Below, in pieces: positions 13,151 to 24,298 of a stretch of 64,000 bases of DNA. Under the pieces are notes generated by a model. It ran no database searches. It was not told where the DNA came from and saw only the letters and a program-made list of their open reading frames with translations. Position 1 is the first letter of the stretch. Each line of letters opens with the position of its first letter. A program made the translations under genes and the position numbers. The DNA lies in contig NC_058368.1 of NCBI RefSeq assembly GCF_018350175.1, positions 221,528,001-221,592,000 on the forward strand. Reading direction: 5' to 3'. This DNA is from Felis catus (Eukaryota).

Positions 13151-13347
13151 GAAGAAATAGCAAAAATCTGGGGGTCAATATAAGTCATTTAAATTTCCTT
13201 TTGATACAGTATTTACAAATTTTCATCAAAAGGACATATCTGACTGTCATAATACAAGTTAGTAATTTGAATAAATAATGCAATGATATAGTTTGGAAAT
13301 GATACTCTAGTAAAATATTACAGCAGAAGAGATCAAGAATACATTTC

Positions 13348-13550
13348 AGGGGTGCCTGGGTGGCTCAGTTGGTCACCCTCTTACCTCGGCTTAGGTCATG
13401 ATCTCGTGGTCATGGGTTTGAGCCCCACATTGGACTCTCTACTATCAGCACTGAGCCCACTTAGGATCCTCTGTCCCCCCTCTGTCTGCACCTCCCCTGC
13501 TCCCTCGCTCTCTTTCTCTCAAAAAATAAATAAAAGATTTAAAAAATTAA
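13348..13550 (+). mobile_element. Can-SINE
   Basis: ggggtgcctgggtggctcagttggt head, (CT)n, A tail. Confidence 0.92.
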
Positions 13551-14214
13551 AAACCCATAAATTTCACATGGCACAGCTGATACCTTGATAAATAACATGC
13601 ATCCCTTAACTGTTTGAATAACTGAGTAACAAATAAAATATATTTCAATGAGTAAAATGATAGAGTCGTGACCAAAAGAAGAAAAAACATTCATGTTCCC
13701 TGTGGTACAAGAAAGTCAGGAGAGCCATGACATACAGGGATATTTTAGTCAATCAACAGTGTAATATAGTAATTTGTAATTTAAATACATATTTTTTAAA
13801 GGTAGTGTGGGTTCTCTAAATTAAAAGTTATCATAATAATGTGGCATACACTAGATAAAGCAGCCATAGCAAAGCTTGTAAGACTTTATAGAGAGTTCCA
13901 GAATTTTTTTTGGAGATTTACAATTGAAACTTCGCAATGAGAAACATCAAGAGTTAAATAGATAATTCTAAGGAAAAATAGTATCTTTTTAGCCTTGTGT
14001 GATCTCAGTATCATCTGTCTGGTGTTAGACTTTGAGAATGTTTGCTGTTTACTGTTTCTCTTCTGTAATAGCTCTCCTTCCTTTCCTCCCCAGTCCCCAT
14101 ATTTTTCTCCTTGAAAATTACAATCCAATCCCTATTTATGGTTCTGAATGTATGCCTTATTATGTCTAAGCTGCAAGAAAAACGTGTTATTTAAGGTTTA
14201 AAAATCAGAAAATC

Positions 14215-14460
14215 ATTTAAGAAAATGGTTAGTCATGTTACTCATAGCTATTTACCCAAGAAAAGTGAGAGCATGTATCCATACAGACTTGGATGCAGAA
14301 GTTCTTAGCAGCTTTATTTGTAATAGTCAAAAACTGGCAACAACTGAAATGTCCATCAACAATTAAATGGATAAACAAGTTGTGGCATATCCATACAGTG
14401 TAGTAGTGTAAAATAAATTCTACTCAGACATAACAAGGAAAAAATGAATAATAAATACAA
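14215..14460 (+). mobile_element. Old L1 (L1M-type) ORF2-end fragment
   Basis: tatttacccaagaaaa, agcagctttatttgtaatagtcaaaaactgg, aaatgtccatcaaca, aatggataaacaa. Confidence 0.85.
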
Positions 14461-14541
14461 GTATTTTTTGAGAGCAGCATTTTTTTTGGGGGGGAAAGCT
14501 GTTGATTTAGCGTTGGATCTTTATTATTTTCAAGAGTTAAT

Positions 14542-14669
14542 GAGGAGCTCCTGGGTGGCTTAGTTGGTTGAGTATCTGACTTCAGCTCAGGTCATTATCT
14601 TAGGGTTCCTGGGTTTGAGCCTTCCATCGGGCTCTGCAGTGACAGCCTGGAGCCTGGAGCCTCCTTCAG

Positions 14670-14728
<59 letters not shown>

Positions 14729-14779
14729 CAAAAATAAATGAATAAACAAACAAACAAACATTTGAGAAAAAAAAAAAAT
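14542..14779 (+). mobile_element. Can-SINE with expanded (CT)n
   Basis: cctgggtggcttagttggttgag head, (CT)n at about 14672-14725, A tail. Confidence 0.92.
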
Positions 14780-16624
14780 TCTGAATCGTGAATGCCTCCT
14801 AGCATTGAACCTGTGGCTCAGGACTGGAAAGGTGATATCCTGGACCCCAGTGTATAAGTGCCTGTAGATCACAGAGGTAATTTGTTCTAGTTATCTTTGC
14901 CTTGTGCCCCTTTCTTTGTACAATATGACACAAAGTTTGGGGTTGTTAATCAGAGACAGGGAAGTGGACTACGAGTCTCTGGGATCATGGACAGGTCATT
15001 TTTTTTTTTATGACAAATCCAGATGTCTGAAAGGTTGCCACCCTGCTCCCCATTGCTATGGCCTCAGAAATGCAAATGATGGTGCTATCCTTCCAGGCCA
15101 TTGCCAGAGTAAAGGAAAGAAAAGAGGAAAGGATTTCATAAATAGTCAAGGTAGTTTTGTCTTGATCCATCCTCTTGGGAGAAAGCAGGGCATCTTGATG
15201 TCGGTTACTCCTCTTCCTCTCCTTCAGTTTGGTCCAGAGGTCTCCAGCATCTACACAGAACTAGCTATCAGGCAGAAACTTCTTCCGCTGTGAGATACAT
15301 ACTCAAGGCCTGAGGTTTTGGCTGTCATCTGGGTAGTGAAGAGGATCTGGTGTAGTCCCTTTTCAGGAGACTCAAAGGCAATCTTTGTTCTTAGTGATTC
15401 CCACATCTGAAGGGTGGGAGAAAGTTGGAAATGTCAGTTTGGAGATTTGCAGCCAGATATTTGAGGAAACTAGAACAGTTCAGGACCCAGTCCAGTTTAC
15501 AGGTATATAACAAAATCTCTAAGACAATTAACAGGATTGTAATCTAAAATACCCAAAGGTGCAAACAATTTTCTCTTTACAGTTACCCCCATTTTTTACC
15601 AAAGATAATCAGAGTAAAACTAATTTGCTTGTATTAAACTCAGCCTGACTATTTCCATAACTGTAGCAAGAATAGTGATTAACCATACAAGTTCTTTTTA
15701 AGACTGCTTTGTTGGAACTTTTCATAAGGAGTCCCAGATTGAACTCTCAAGTCTCTGAGGCCAGAAAGCCAAGCCAAGGACTGGCCATTAGATTTACCTG
15801 TAATATCCTTTCAGTCAAAGTTTTAGTAATATACTCAATCTTTTCAATTGTGTCCTGTTATAAGAAGAACAGGTTCTTATTGAACTTAGGCAGATAGCTA
15901 ACTATATTGCCATGAAAAGAATACTCAAGAGTTGTTAAATTCTGAAAGGATCAAGTAGGGAGAAAAAGTAAATGGTTTCACCTTTGTTTACAAAGGTATA
16001 TTTTACTAACTTGCAGTAAGTCATAGCATAAGTATAGTATCTCCTTAAATCTGCAAGAACAAAGTATCAAGGAACTAGCAGTGTTTCAGAGTCATAAGTA
16101 CTCATGATGATTGTCTTAGTTAATTCAACCCCATGTAATTAATATTTGTTCTGCTTGAATCCAGTGTTTCCACTAGTTTTGGAAAATCTTACCCAGTTCA
16201 GTTTTATAATCTTAACGTTATCAGAAGTTTGTACTTGTCAAAAGTCCATGAGCTTTCTTGAAGTGAGACATTCTTGCAGGAATATTTTTGTAGAAGCATC
16301 AGAGTAAAACAGTATCTCGATGAGTAACAAAAGATTTACAAATGACCATGATTAAAGATCTGATGAGAGTTCACTATAATGCAGTTGATAAGGAAATTTG
16401 GTTATTTCTGTGAAATACAACATTTTAAGATCATACCTAGAATGACATTATATCAGGATATATCATAATTTTAAGAATTTCATATAATTTTTGGAGTGCT
16501 GATATTAATATATACCTATTTAAATATAAGGTAAACAAGGTTTGGCATACTTCTCATTTGCCAATGATTTACATGTAACTTAATGTATCAAATACACCTA
16601 ATTCACTTAATCTCTTTTTTATAA

Positions 16625-18436
16625 TTTTTTTTTTAATTTTGTTTTGAATTTTTAATTCAAATATAATAAACCAATAGACTTATAATAGTTTCACGTGTAC
16701 AATATAATGTTTCAACAATTCTATACATTTCTCTGTGCTCATGAAAATAAGTATACTCAATTTCTTTTATCTATTTCACCCATCCCCCTCCTCACCGCCT
16801 CTCTGGTAACCACCAGTTTGTTCTCTGTATTTGAGAGTCTATTTTTTGGTCTGTCTCTTTTTTTTTCTTTGTTCGTTGTTTTGTTTCTTAAATTCCATAT
16901 ACGAATGAAATCCTATGTTATTTTTCTTTCTCTGACTTATCTCACTTAGCATTATGCACTCTAGGTCCATCCATTTTGTTGTACATGGCAAGATTTCATA
17001 TTTTTTATGGCTGAACAATATTCCATTATACATCACATCTTCTTTATCCATTCATCTGTCATTGGACACTTGGGTTGCTTTCATATCTTGGCTATTGTAA
17101 ATAACATTGCAATAAAGAAAGGAGTACTCATATCCAAATTCATTTTTGTTTTTGTTCTCTTTTTTGGGGGGTAAATACCCATTCCATTAGTGGAATTACT
17201 GGGTCATATGTAATTCCATTTTTAATTTTTTGAGGAACCTTCATACTATTTTCCACAGTGGCTGCGCTAATTTGCATTCCTACCAACAGTGCACAAAGGT
17301 TCCTTTTTCTCCACATCCTCACCAGCACTTATATTTTGTCTTTTCAATTTTAGCCCTTCTGACGGGTGTAAACTGATATCTCATTGTGGTTTTAATTTGC
17401 ATTTGCCTGAAAATTAGTGATGTTGAGCATCTTTTCATGTGTCTTAGCTATCTGTATGTCTTCCTTGGAAAAATGTCTATTCAGGTCCTCCAACCATTTT
17501 AATAGGATTATTTGTTTCCTTGGTGTTGAGCTGTATAAGTGTTTCATATATTTTGGATATTAGCCCCTTATCAGATGTATCATTTGCAAACATCTTCTGC
17601 CATTCAGTAGGTTGCCTTTTTTTGTTTTGTTGATGGTTTCCTTTGCTGTGCAAAAGCTTTTTATTTTGGTGTATTTTCAATATTTACTTTTGTTCCTCTT
17701 GCCTGTGGAGACATCAAGAAAAATGTTTCTATGTCCTATGTCAGAGAAAATACTGCCTATGTTTTCCTCTAGGAATATTATTGTTTCAAGGTCTCACATT
17801 TATGTTCATGTTGAGTTTATTTTTGTATATGGTGTAAGAAACGGGTCCCATTTCATTCTCTTGCATGTAGCTGTCCAGTTTTTCCAACACCTTTGTATCA
17901 GAGACTGTGTTTTCCACATTGTATGTTCCTGCCTTTTTTCTCTCGGTTAGTTGACCCTGTAATCCTGGGTTTATTTCTGGGCTCTCTGTTCTGTTCTACT
18001 GATCTATGTGTCTATTTTTGCACCAGTATCATATTGTTTTGATCAATATGCTTTGTAATTGTCTTGAAATTGGGATTGTGGTATCTCTAACTTTGCTCTT
18101 CTTTTTCAAGACTGCTTTGGCCATTTGGGCTCTGTTGTAGCTACATACAAATTTTAAGATTGGTTTGTTCTGGTTCCGTGAAATTTTTGTCAGTATCTTG
18201 ATAAGGATTGCATTAATCTGTAGATTGCTTTTGGGTAGTGTGGAATTTTTAACAATATTGGTTCTTCTAATCTATGAGCATGGAGTATAATTCCATTTGT
18301 TTGTGCCATCTTCAATTTCTTTCATCAGTATTTCATAGCTTTTGGAGTACAGGTCTTTCACCAACTTGGTTAGGTTTATTTCTAAGTATTTTATTATTCT
18401 TGATAAAATTATCAATGGGATTGTTTTCTTAATTCT
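16625..18436 (-). mobile_element. Carnivore L1, 5'-truncated (~1.8 kb: 3' UTR and broken ORF2 C-terminus)
   Basis: L1 ORF2 peptides on the minus strand (WMDLECIMLSEISQ, PTEWQKMFANDTSDKGLISKIY), carnivore-type 3' UTR, T-rich tail at about 16625-16655. Confidence 0.95.
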
Positions 18437-19185
18437 GTTTCATATCAAAATTTCCAGCTGTTCCAGGGACCTATTGAATGTCTCATATCTCAAAGTTAGT
18501 TTTAAGTCAAAAAGACTTTATTTAGAATGTGAAGTTTAGGAAGTTTGTCAAAAATACAAAAAAAAAAAAGTTTGAACATTTAACTAAATAAGATCATGGA
18601 TTATTATGAAATAATACCTAATTATCTAATTAACCAAAGTGACAAAAAAAAAGATTTTAAGACAAATATAGGAGGTTACATAGTTGTTAGCAAAAATTAG
18701 CTTGTAATACTGAGAAATTTCAATTTTATTAAGTAATCAAAGAGGGGATTAAGACGATATAAAGCATAGGATATTATTTTGATAAAACATGAAACTCTTG
18801 TTTTCTAGGCAGATTACTTTAAAGGTGAAGAAAACCCTTCATAATCTCTTATTACAAAGAACAGAACAGTAATTCAAGAAAACTTTGTCATGTTAACAGA
18901 GAACACCAAAGTTTAATTTTGTACCAGCTTACTTTTGATATTGAAGCTCATTCACTTAATTAAAATTATTCCAATTTTAGACAGCCCAGATCACACACAT
19001 GGATTCCTTCCCAAAGATTTATTTTCCACAAGCGTTCTAAGACTTTTTCCTCATTAAAGCACACATTTTACTTTGCTTACATGTGGAGATATTTCTCTTA
19101 TTATTTCTACTAGCTTTAATCGCATACATTAATTAGAATTCTTAACCCTTAGAAGCCTTACTTCCTAGGAAAATTAAGAAGTAAA

Positions 19186-19575
19186 TGTTATGCCCAGAAT
19201 TCGTGATCCCCAAAGACCACTAGGGAGCCGAGTCCGATGCAAAAGCAAAGAGCCTTTATTCGAGCTAGCTCGAGCTCAATCCCCTACCTGCACCGACGCA
19301 GCGGTGAGATACCAGGGAAAGAGAGCGAGTTTCAAAAGGACAAAGGTTTTATTGGGGCCTGGGGGCAGTTGGTGAGGTAATGGCTATGGCCTCAGCCGAT
19401 TGGCTGGGGAGGGGTCCTGGGGAAGGGTCCGGCAGGTGAGGGAGGGTTTACTCGAGGGGAGGAGGTGTGGTCAAGGTGAAGGACACAGAACAAGATGGAG
19501 TCAAGGGGAGGAGGTGTGGTCAAGGTGAAGGACACAGAACAAGATGGAGTCGGCTGGCGTAGGCCCGCCCTTTCA
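19186..19575 (-). mobile_element. Young gammaretrovirus-like solo LTR (390 bp)
   Basis: TG...CA termini; TSD taaa at 19182-19185 and 19576-19579; on the minus strand CCAAT (19399-19403), TATA-like AATAAAA (19347-19353) and AATAAA (19255-19260) in U3-R order; CpG-rich. Confidence 0.92.
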
Positions 19576-21484
19576 TAAACAATTGTGAACTGTTTGTTAT
19601 AACACCTTTCTTTAGATTGGCAAATTCAAGAATATATATATTTAGTAATTTCTAGAAGCATATTTCTTCCTCAATTTTCCAGTGTAACACTAACACCTCC
19701 AGATATCTTATAGATACACCTATGTTCAGTAATAAATATTTCAGTATTTTATCTTATTTGCAAATGATGTAAGTATTTAATAACTACCCATCATCTAATT
19801 TAACTTAGCAAAACTCTAAGGAGTTAAGTCACCAAAAAGATTTGGGAAAATTATTTGATTAGACACAAATATTGCTGAAAGTTCATTATACACTGATTAT
19901 CTTATGTCTATTAACTTTTTCTTAATAATTATATTTAAATTAGTCATGAAAATTTCACAAGAGCTAACCATCTTTAAATTATCGTTTTTGCTGACAAACT
20001 GTAAGAGGTGACATGAATCCATTTGACCACTAGTTAGTGGAGGTAGAATAAAAGTATTATACTTAATGCTGATAACACTAAAGACATGCTGGTTTCACTT
20101 AAACCAACAACTTAAACTAGCTTTTCTACTGAATATGTTTCTAGATCATGGGAACCCAAAATTCATTTGGATTAAGGTCCTGTCATATTTCTGAGTCTTA
20201 ATTTTATAGAAGCACTTAATTTTCTTTAAGCTAATTAAATCAAGCTCTTTTGCCAATTAATTTTGACAGCATCATTCAGAGGTAGAAAATACCACATATC
20301 TACAACATAAATACATATACAGACACATGAACATACAGACACAAAAAGAGACCACATAGCTTCCATTTTAAAATTGCTGCCATAAATTAGGTACAATAAT
20401 AACAAAATTTACTAGGTATTAAAAGAAGTTGGATCTATTCAAATAACCTCTCTCCTTTCCTGCTCCTTCAGGTAAGAATTATCTACCAGAAGTTTGAGTG
20501 TCAAAGAGATGGTCTACATAAGAGTTCTGGAGAAGTCCCTTCTCCAGAAGGGAGATATGGGCATAACAATTACTTTTCAAAGGCAGAGGGAAAAAAAAAT
20601 GAAATCTCTTCCTAGAAAGACTTTTGTTCCCCCATAGCAAGACGTTTTGCAATTCTACAAGTTTTTTGAAATAAACAGGATGTTTTGGTGTTGGTAAAAA
20701 AGATTAGTGGACTTTGAATTGTTTGTGGAGCTACATCTCTGATCTTGTATAGACTAGATTTGTAAACAAGGACAGCTATTTTTAATTCCTCAAAAGTTGA
20801 GTTGCCACCTACATGATATCAAGGGCTAACACACCCATCCCTCTAGGTTGGAATGTTTTCCCTCTGGGTGCATTGAGCTTAGGAGAGAGGCCTAAAAAAT
20901 TTCCTGTCAGAGTCTGAATATTCCCCTCCAATTTGTTCAAATTTCTGATCATAAAGTCATTTTTTTTTTTTCAAATTTCTTGTCAGCTTTCCACTGGGAC
21001 AAATAATAAATATTTCTGGCAGTACTGAAAAACCCCATTAATTTAAGTTTCCCCTTGGTTGTTTAGGAGAATAATATAGCAGTTTATCAGAAAATCTCTC
21101 AGAATTCTGTCAGCTTTGAGAGTGGCCCATGTAGGTGGGAGTCCTCATTCTGGAGTAGATAATGGGGGCATTCAAAGGGATGTTGAAGAATTTGCATAGG
21201 GTCTTTGAGGACAAGGTCTTTTCCAGTGGCCCAGTTGATTATAACTGTGACTTCAATCCTTGAGGCCACATTTTGATGATGGACCCCTAGAAGCATGCAA
21301 TGTGGGAGCTGAGGTGTTTCAGATTCCTTTTATGCCTTTAATATTTCATTAGTTTTTTGCAATGCATCTTTCATTGAGGTTATTTTGGAATCTTAAAGCC
21401 CTTAGGAAACTTTTACATGACAATTAAAATAGGTAGCTCATTCTATTTGTTTAACGTGAGAACGCTTACTTTCAAGTTCACTTT

Positions 21485-21509
21485 AAATTTTTTTAATGTT
21501 TATTAATTT

Positions 21510-21559
<50 letters not shown>

Positions 21560-21729
21560 GAGCAGTAGTGGGGGAGGGACAGAGAGAGAGGGAGACACAG
21601 AATCCAACATAGGCTCCAGGCTCTGAGCTGTCAGCACAAAGCCTGATGCGGGGTTCAAACTCAGAAACCTTGAGATCATGACCTGAGCCAAAATCAGATG
21701 CTTAACGAACTGAGCCACCCAGGTGCCCC
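21485..21729 (-). mobile_element. Can-SINE inserted in the ERV gag remnant
   Basis: TSD tcaagttcacttt at 21472-21484 and 21730-21742. Confidence 0.95.
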
Positions 21730-22898
21730 TCAAGTTCACTTTTTAAAGAGAAGCTCTTGTCTAATTGGAATGTGCCCCATAATAGCCACTGTAATTATAG
21801 GTGGTCTTTGTTAAAACTTTGCCTTTTTTTTTTTTTTTTTTTCATTTTTAAATATCTTCAGCTTCCATGGGCCACAGTTCCTTAAAACAAAATCAGCTAG
21901 TACACTCAACTCTTTGGGTATAAAAGGTTGCATTTCTTTTAGTTAAGCCTTTGGATTTCTCAGAGCCAAACTAATACCTGAGAGGGATATGCCACAGGTT
22001 TGGGAATTGTGGGGTGTTTTACAGTACCTCAGAATTGCATGTAAATTTCCTTGAGGTTCGTGGTCAACCTAGTGTCAATCTGACCCATTTTCTGACCAAA
22101 TTACCTCCTCACAGGAATCTTTTTGAAGTAGTTAGCACTAATAGCTTTTAAATGCTTGACTTATGCCCACTATTTTTTGCAGCTTTCTTGCTTCTGAGTT
22201 CCCCATTAGCAGTAGCCATTACTAGACCCAGTCCAGTTCAAACTGGTCCCTAGTCCAACCGTGGACCTAGTTTGGTTCTTAAATTGGGCTCTGTCCAATA
22301 CTGGCCGGGAACTACCAAACAATTCCTATAGAACTTTGGACTGGTGAAAAGGATTGAACCAGCAGTTATCAACAAAGGGGAACCGTGGACTAATTTCAAA
22401 CAAAAGAAGAAGCGTAGCTGTCACCAACAGTTACCAAAGTGGAATCTGGGCAAGGATTCCAGACTAAACCACCAACAGTTCCCAACATGGAATTTGTGGA
22501 CAGAAGCAAGGGCTGGGATATTCCGCCCAAAATCCTGGGAATCATAATTTGAAATACTGTTAGTTTTCAGTGTGGAATCTGGGGACTGGGGAGAGCACTT
22601 AACTAGCAGACTCCAAAATGGGGATTTCAATACTGATTCCAAATAAATAGGAAGCTGCAGCTACCACCACCAGTTCCCAGTGTGGAATCTAGGAATCTGG
22701 GGATGAAACCAAATGGGGAACTGATCAAATGGGGAACTGATTGGAAAGTCAATTAGGTCAAGAGCTCAACACAAAGAGGGTAGAGTTCAGAACAGAGAAG
22801 AGCTTTCCCATGGTTTTTAGAAAGTGTTAGTAGGATACCTACCTGAGTTTCTAATGTCCTCAGAAGTTCACTTCATATCCTGTGCCTGCCAACATATC

Positions 22899-23480
22899 TG
22901 TTAAAAGACAAAATTCAGCTGAGTACATTGAAGTATCCAGTTGGCTTACTCAAACATTCATGTATAGGGCAACCTACGACTCAACCATTCATGTGTAGGG
23001 CAATCCTATCTAACAAGTTGAAATGAGTTCTATCAAATGGAAGGATTTTATAGGCAGAAATGGGACAGGACAAGGTTACTGGTAAAAGAAATGAAAGGAT
23101 TATTTTAGGCAAGGTTACCTTCCATTAGGAAAAAGCAGGGGCAGGGGGCAGTTATGGGACAGATTACCTCACCCATGCTGGCCAGGAAATTTAAGCAAGT
23201 TTGATTTAAATTCCCACTTCTGAGAGAGGTTGAAACTGCAGTTTAGTCTTGGTTGGCTGTCGTGGAGGGAAGTTTTTTCTTTTCTTTTCTCTTTTTCTTT
23301 CCTTTTTCCTTTACTTTCTGTTTTCTTTTCTTTTCTTTTCTTTTCTTTTCTTTTCTTTTCTTTTCTTTTCTTTTCTTTTCTTTTCTTTTCTCTTTTCTTT
23401 TTTTCCCTCTATTCTCTTTCTTTTCTTCTCTTTCTTTTCTTCTTTTCTTTCTTTTCTTTTCTGTTCTTTTTTTTTAAACA
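22899..23480 (-). mobile_element. 5' LTR of the fossil ERV (right boundary tentative; contains a (CTTTT)n expansion)
   Basis: Starts tgttaaaa next to the PBS-like site; candidate end tttaaaca at 23480 gives TG...CA with short inverted termini. Confidence 0.6.
23275..23475. repeat. (CTTTT)n pyrimidine tract
   Basis: Perfect core at about 23321-23390 with degenerate flanks. Confidence 0.95.
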
Positions 23481-23699
23481 GTGTAGCATCTGTACAAGTC
23501 AGAGAGCGAGGATAAATGAACTCCACAAATTAAGCTCATAGAGAGTATCACCTTGAGACATCTTTGTTACATTCCCAAAAAGCAACAGAAATTGGTTTGC
23601 TGTCTCCACTTCGCAGTGTCAAATTCATGAATGACAAGAGTTGGGATTAAGGTTTGCTGCATCAGAGAAGGTAAATTTCCTTTTGGTGTGGGTTTAGTA

Positions 23700-23758
23700 A
23701 CCTAGAGCCTGCTTCAGATTTTATGTCTCCTCTCTTTGCCCCTCCCCTGCTCGAGCTC

Positions 23759-23803
<45 letters not shown>

Positions 23804-23835
23804 AATAAACATTAAAAAATCAAACAAAAAAATAA
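23700..23835 (+). mobile_element. Can-SINE 3' half (head missing)
   Basis: gagcctgcttcagattttatgtctcc, (CT)n, A tail. Confidence 0.85.
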
Positions 23836-24161
23836 AACCTTCAGAAAATTTTTCTAGAGTCAAATTCTTGAACTATCAGATTTGCTTAGAATATTTAAAT
23901 AATTATGGATGATAATGAAATTTATACAATATGAAACAAAATTTTAAATGTAAAGTTAAATAAACCACATTTAAAAAGTTATGTTTTTAAGGTAAAGAGT
24001 TACATGAGGACAAGTATGAGTTTATTGTTGATATTTTTATAATTTCAAGATTACATAAATTATTTTCTCTTTTTCTTTGTAATATGGAAAACAAGACCTT
24101 CCTCTGTATTATTTGAAATTAAAAGACCATTTATATAGAAGATGGGATGGGGGGCAGTAAA

Positions 24162-24240
24162 TTTTCTTCCTTTCTTCTTTTCTTTTCTTTTCTTTTCTTT
24201 TCTTTTCTTTTCTTTTCTTTTCTTTTCTTTTCTTTTCTTT

Positions 24241-24296
<56 letters not shown>

Positions 24297-24298
24297 TC
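24162..24298. repeat. Compound (TTTTC)n(TTTC)n microsatellite
   Basis: Direct reading. Confidence 0.97.

Larger units (their letters stand above)
14790..22898 (-). mobile_element. Degraded class I (gamma-like, MER4-group-style) ERV internal region, interrupted by an L1, a solo LTR and a SINE
   Basis: Minus-strand motifs in proviral order: LQWLLWGTF (matrix, 21756-21794), decayed zinc knuckle GHWKRPCP (21208-21252), integrase-tail-like KGLHQILFTT (15290-15403), env-like NLSDIWICH (15010-15036). Confidence 0.8.

Noticed and set aside
14904..15293. 129-aa plus-strand ORF
   Set aside because: It is the antisense frame of the ERV integrase/env remnant and resembles no protein I know.
22422..22695. 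CRISPR-like repeat-spacer array
   Set aside because: Mammalian DNA, degenerate repeats, irregular spacers and no cas genes; explained as ERV leader repeats.
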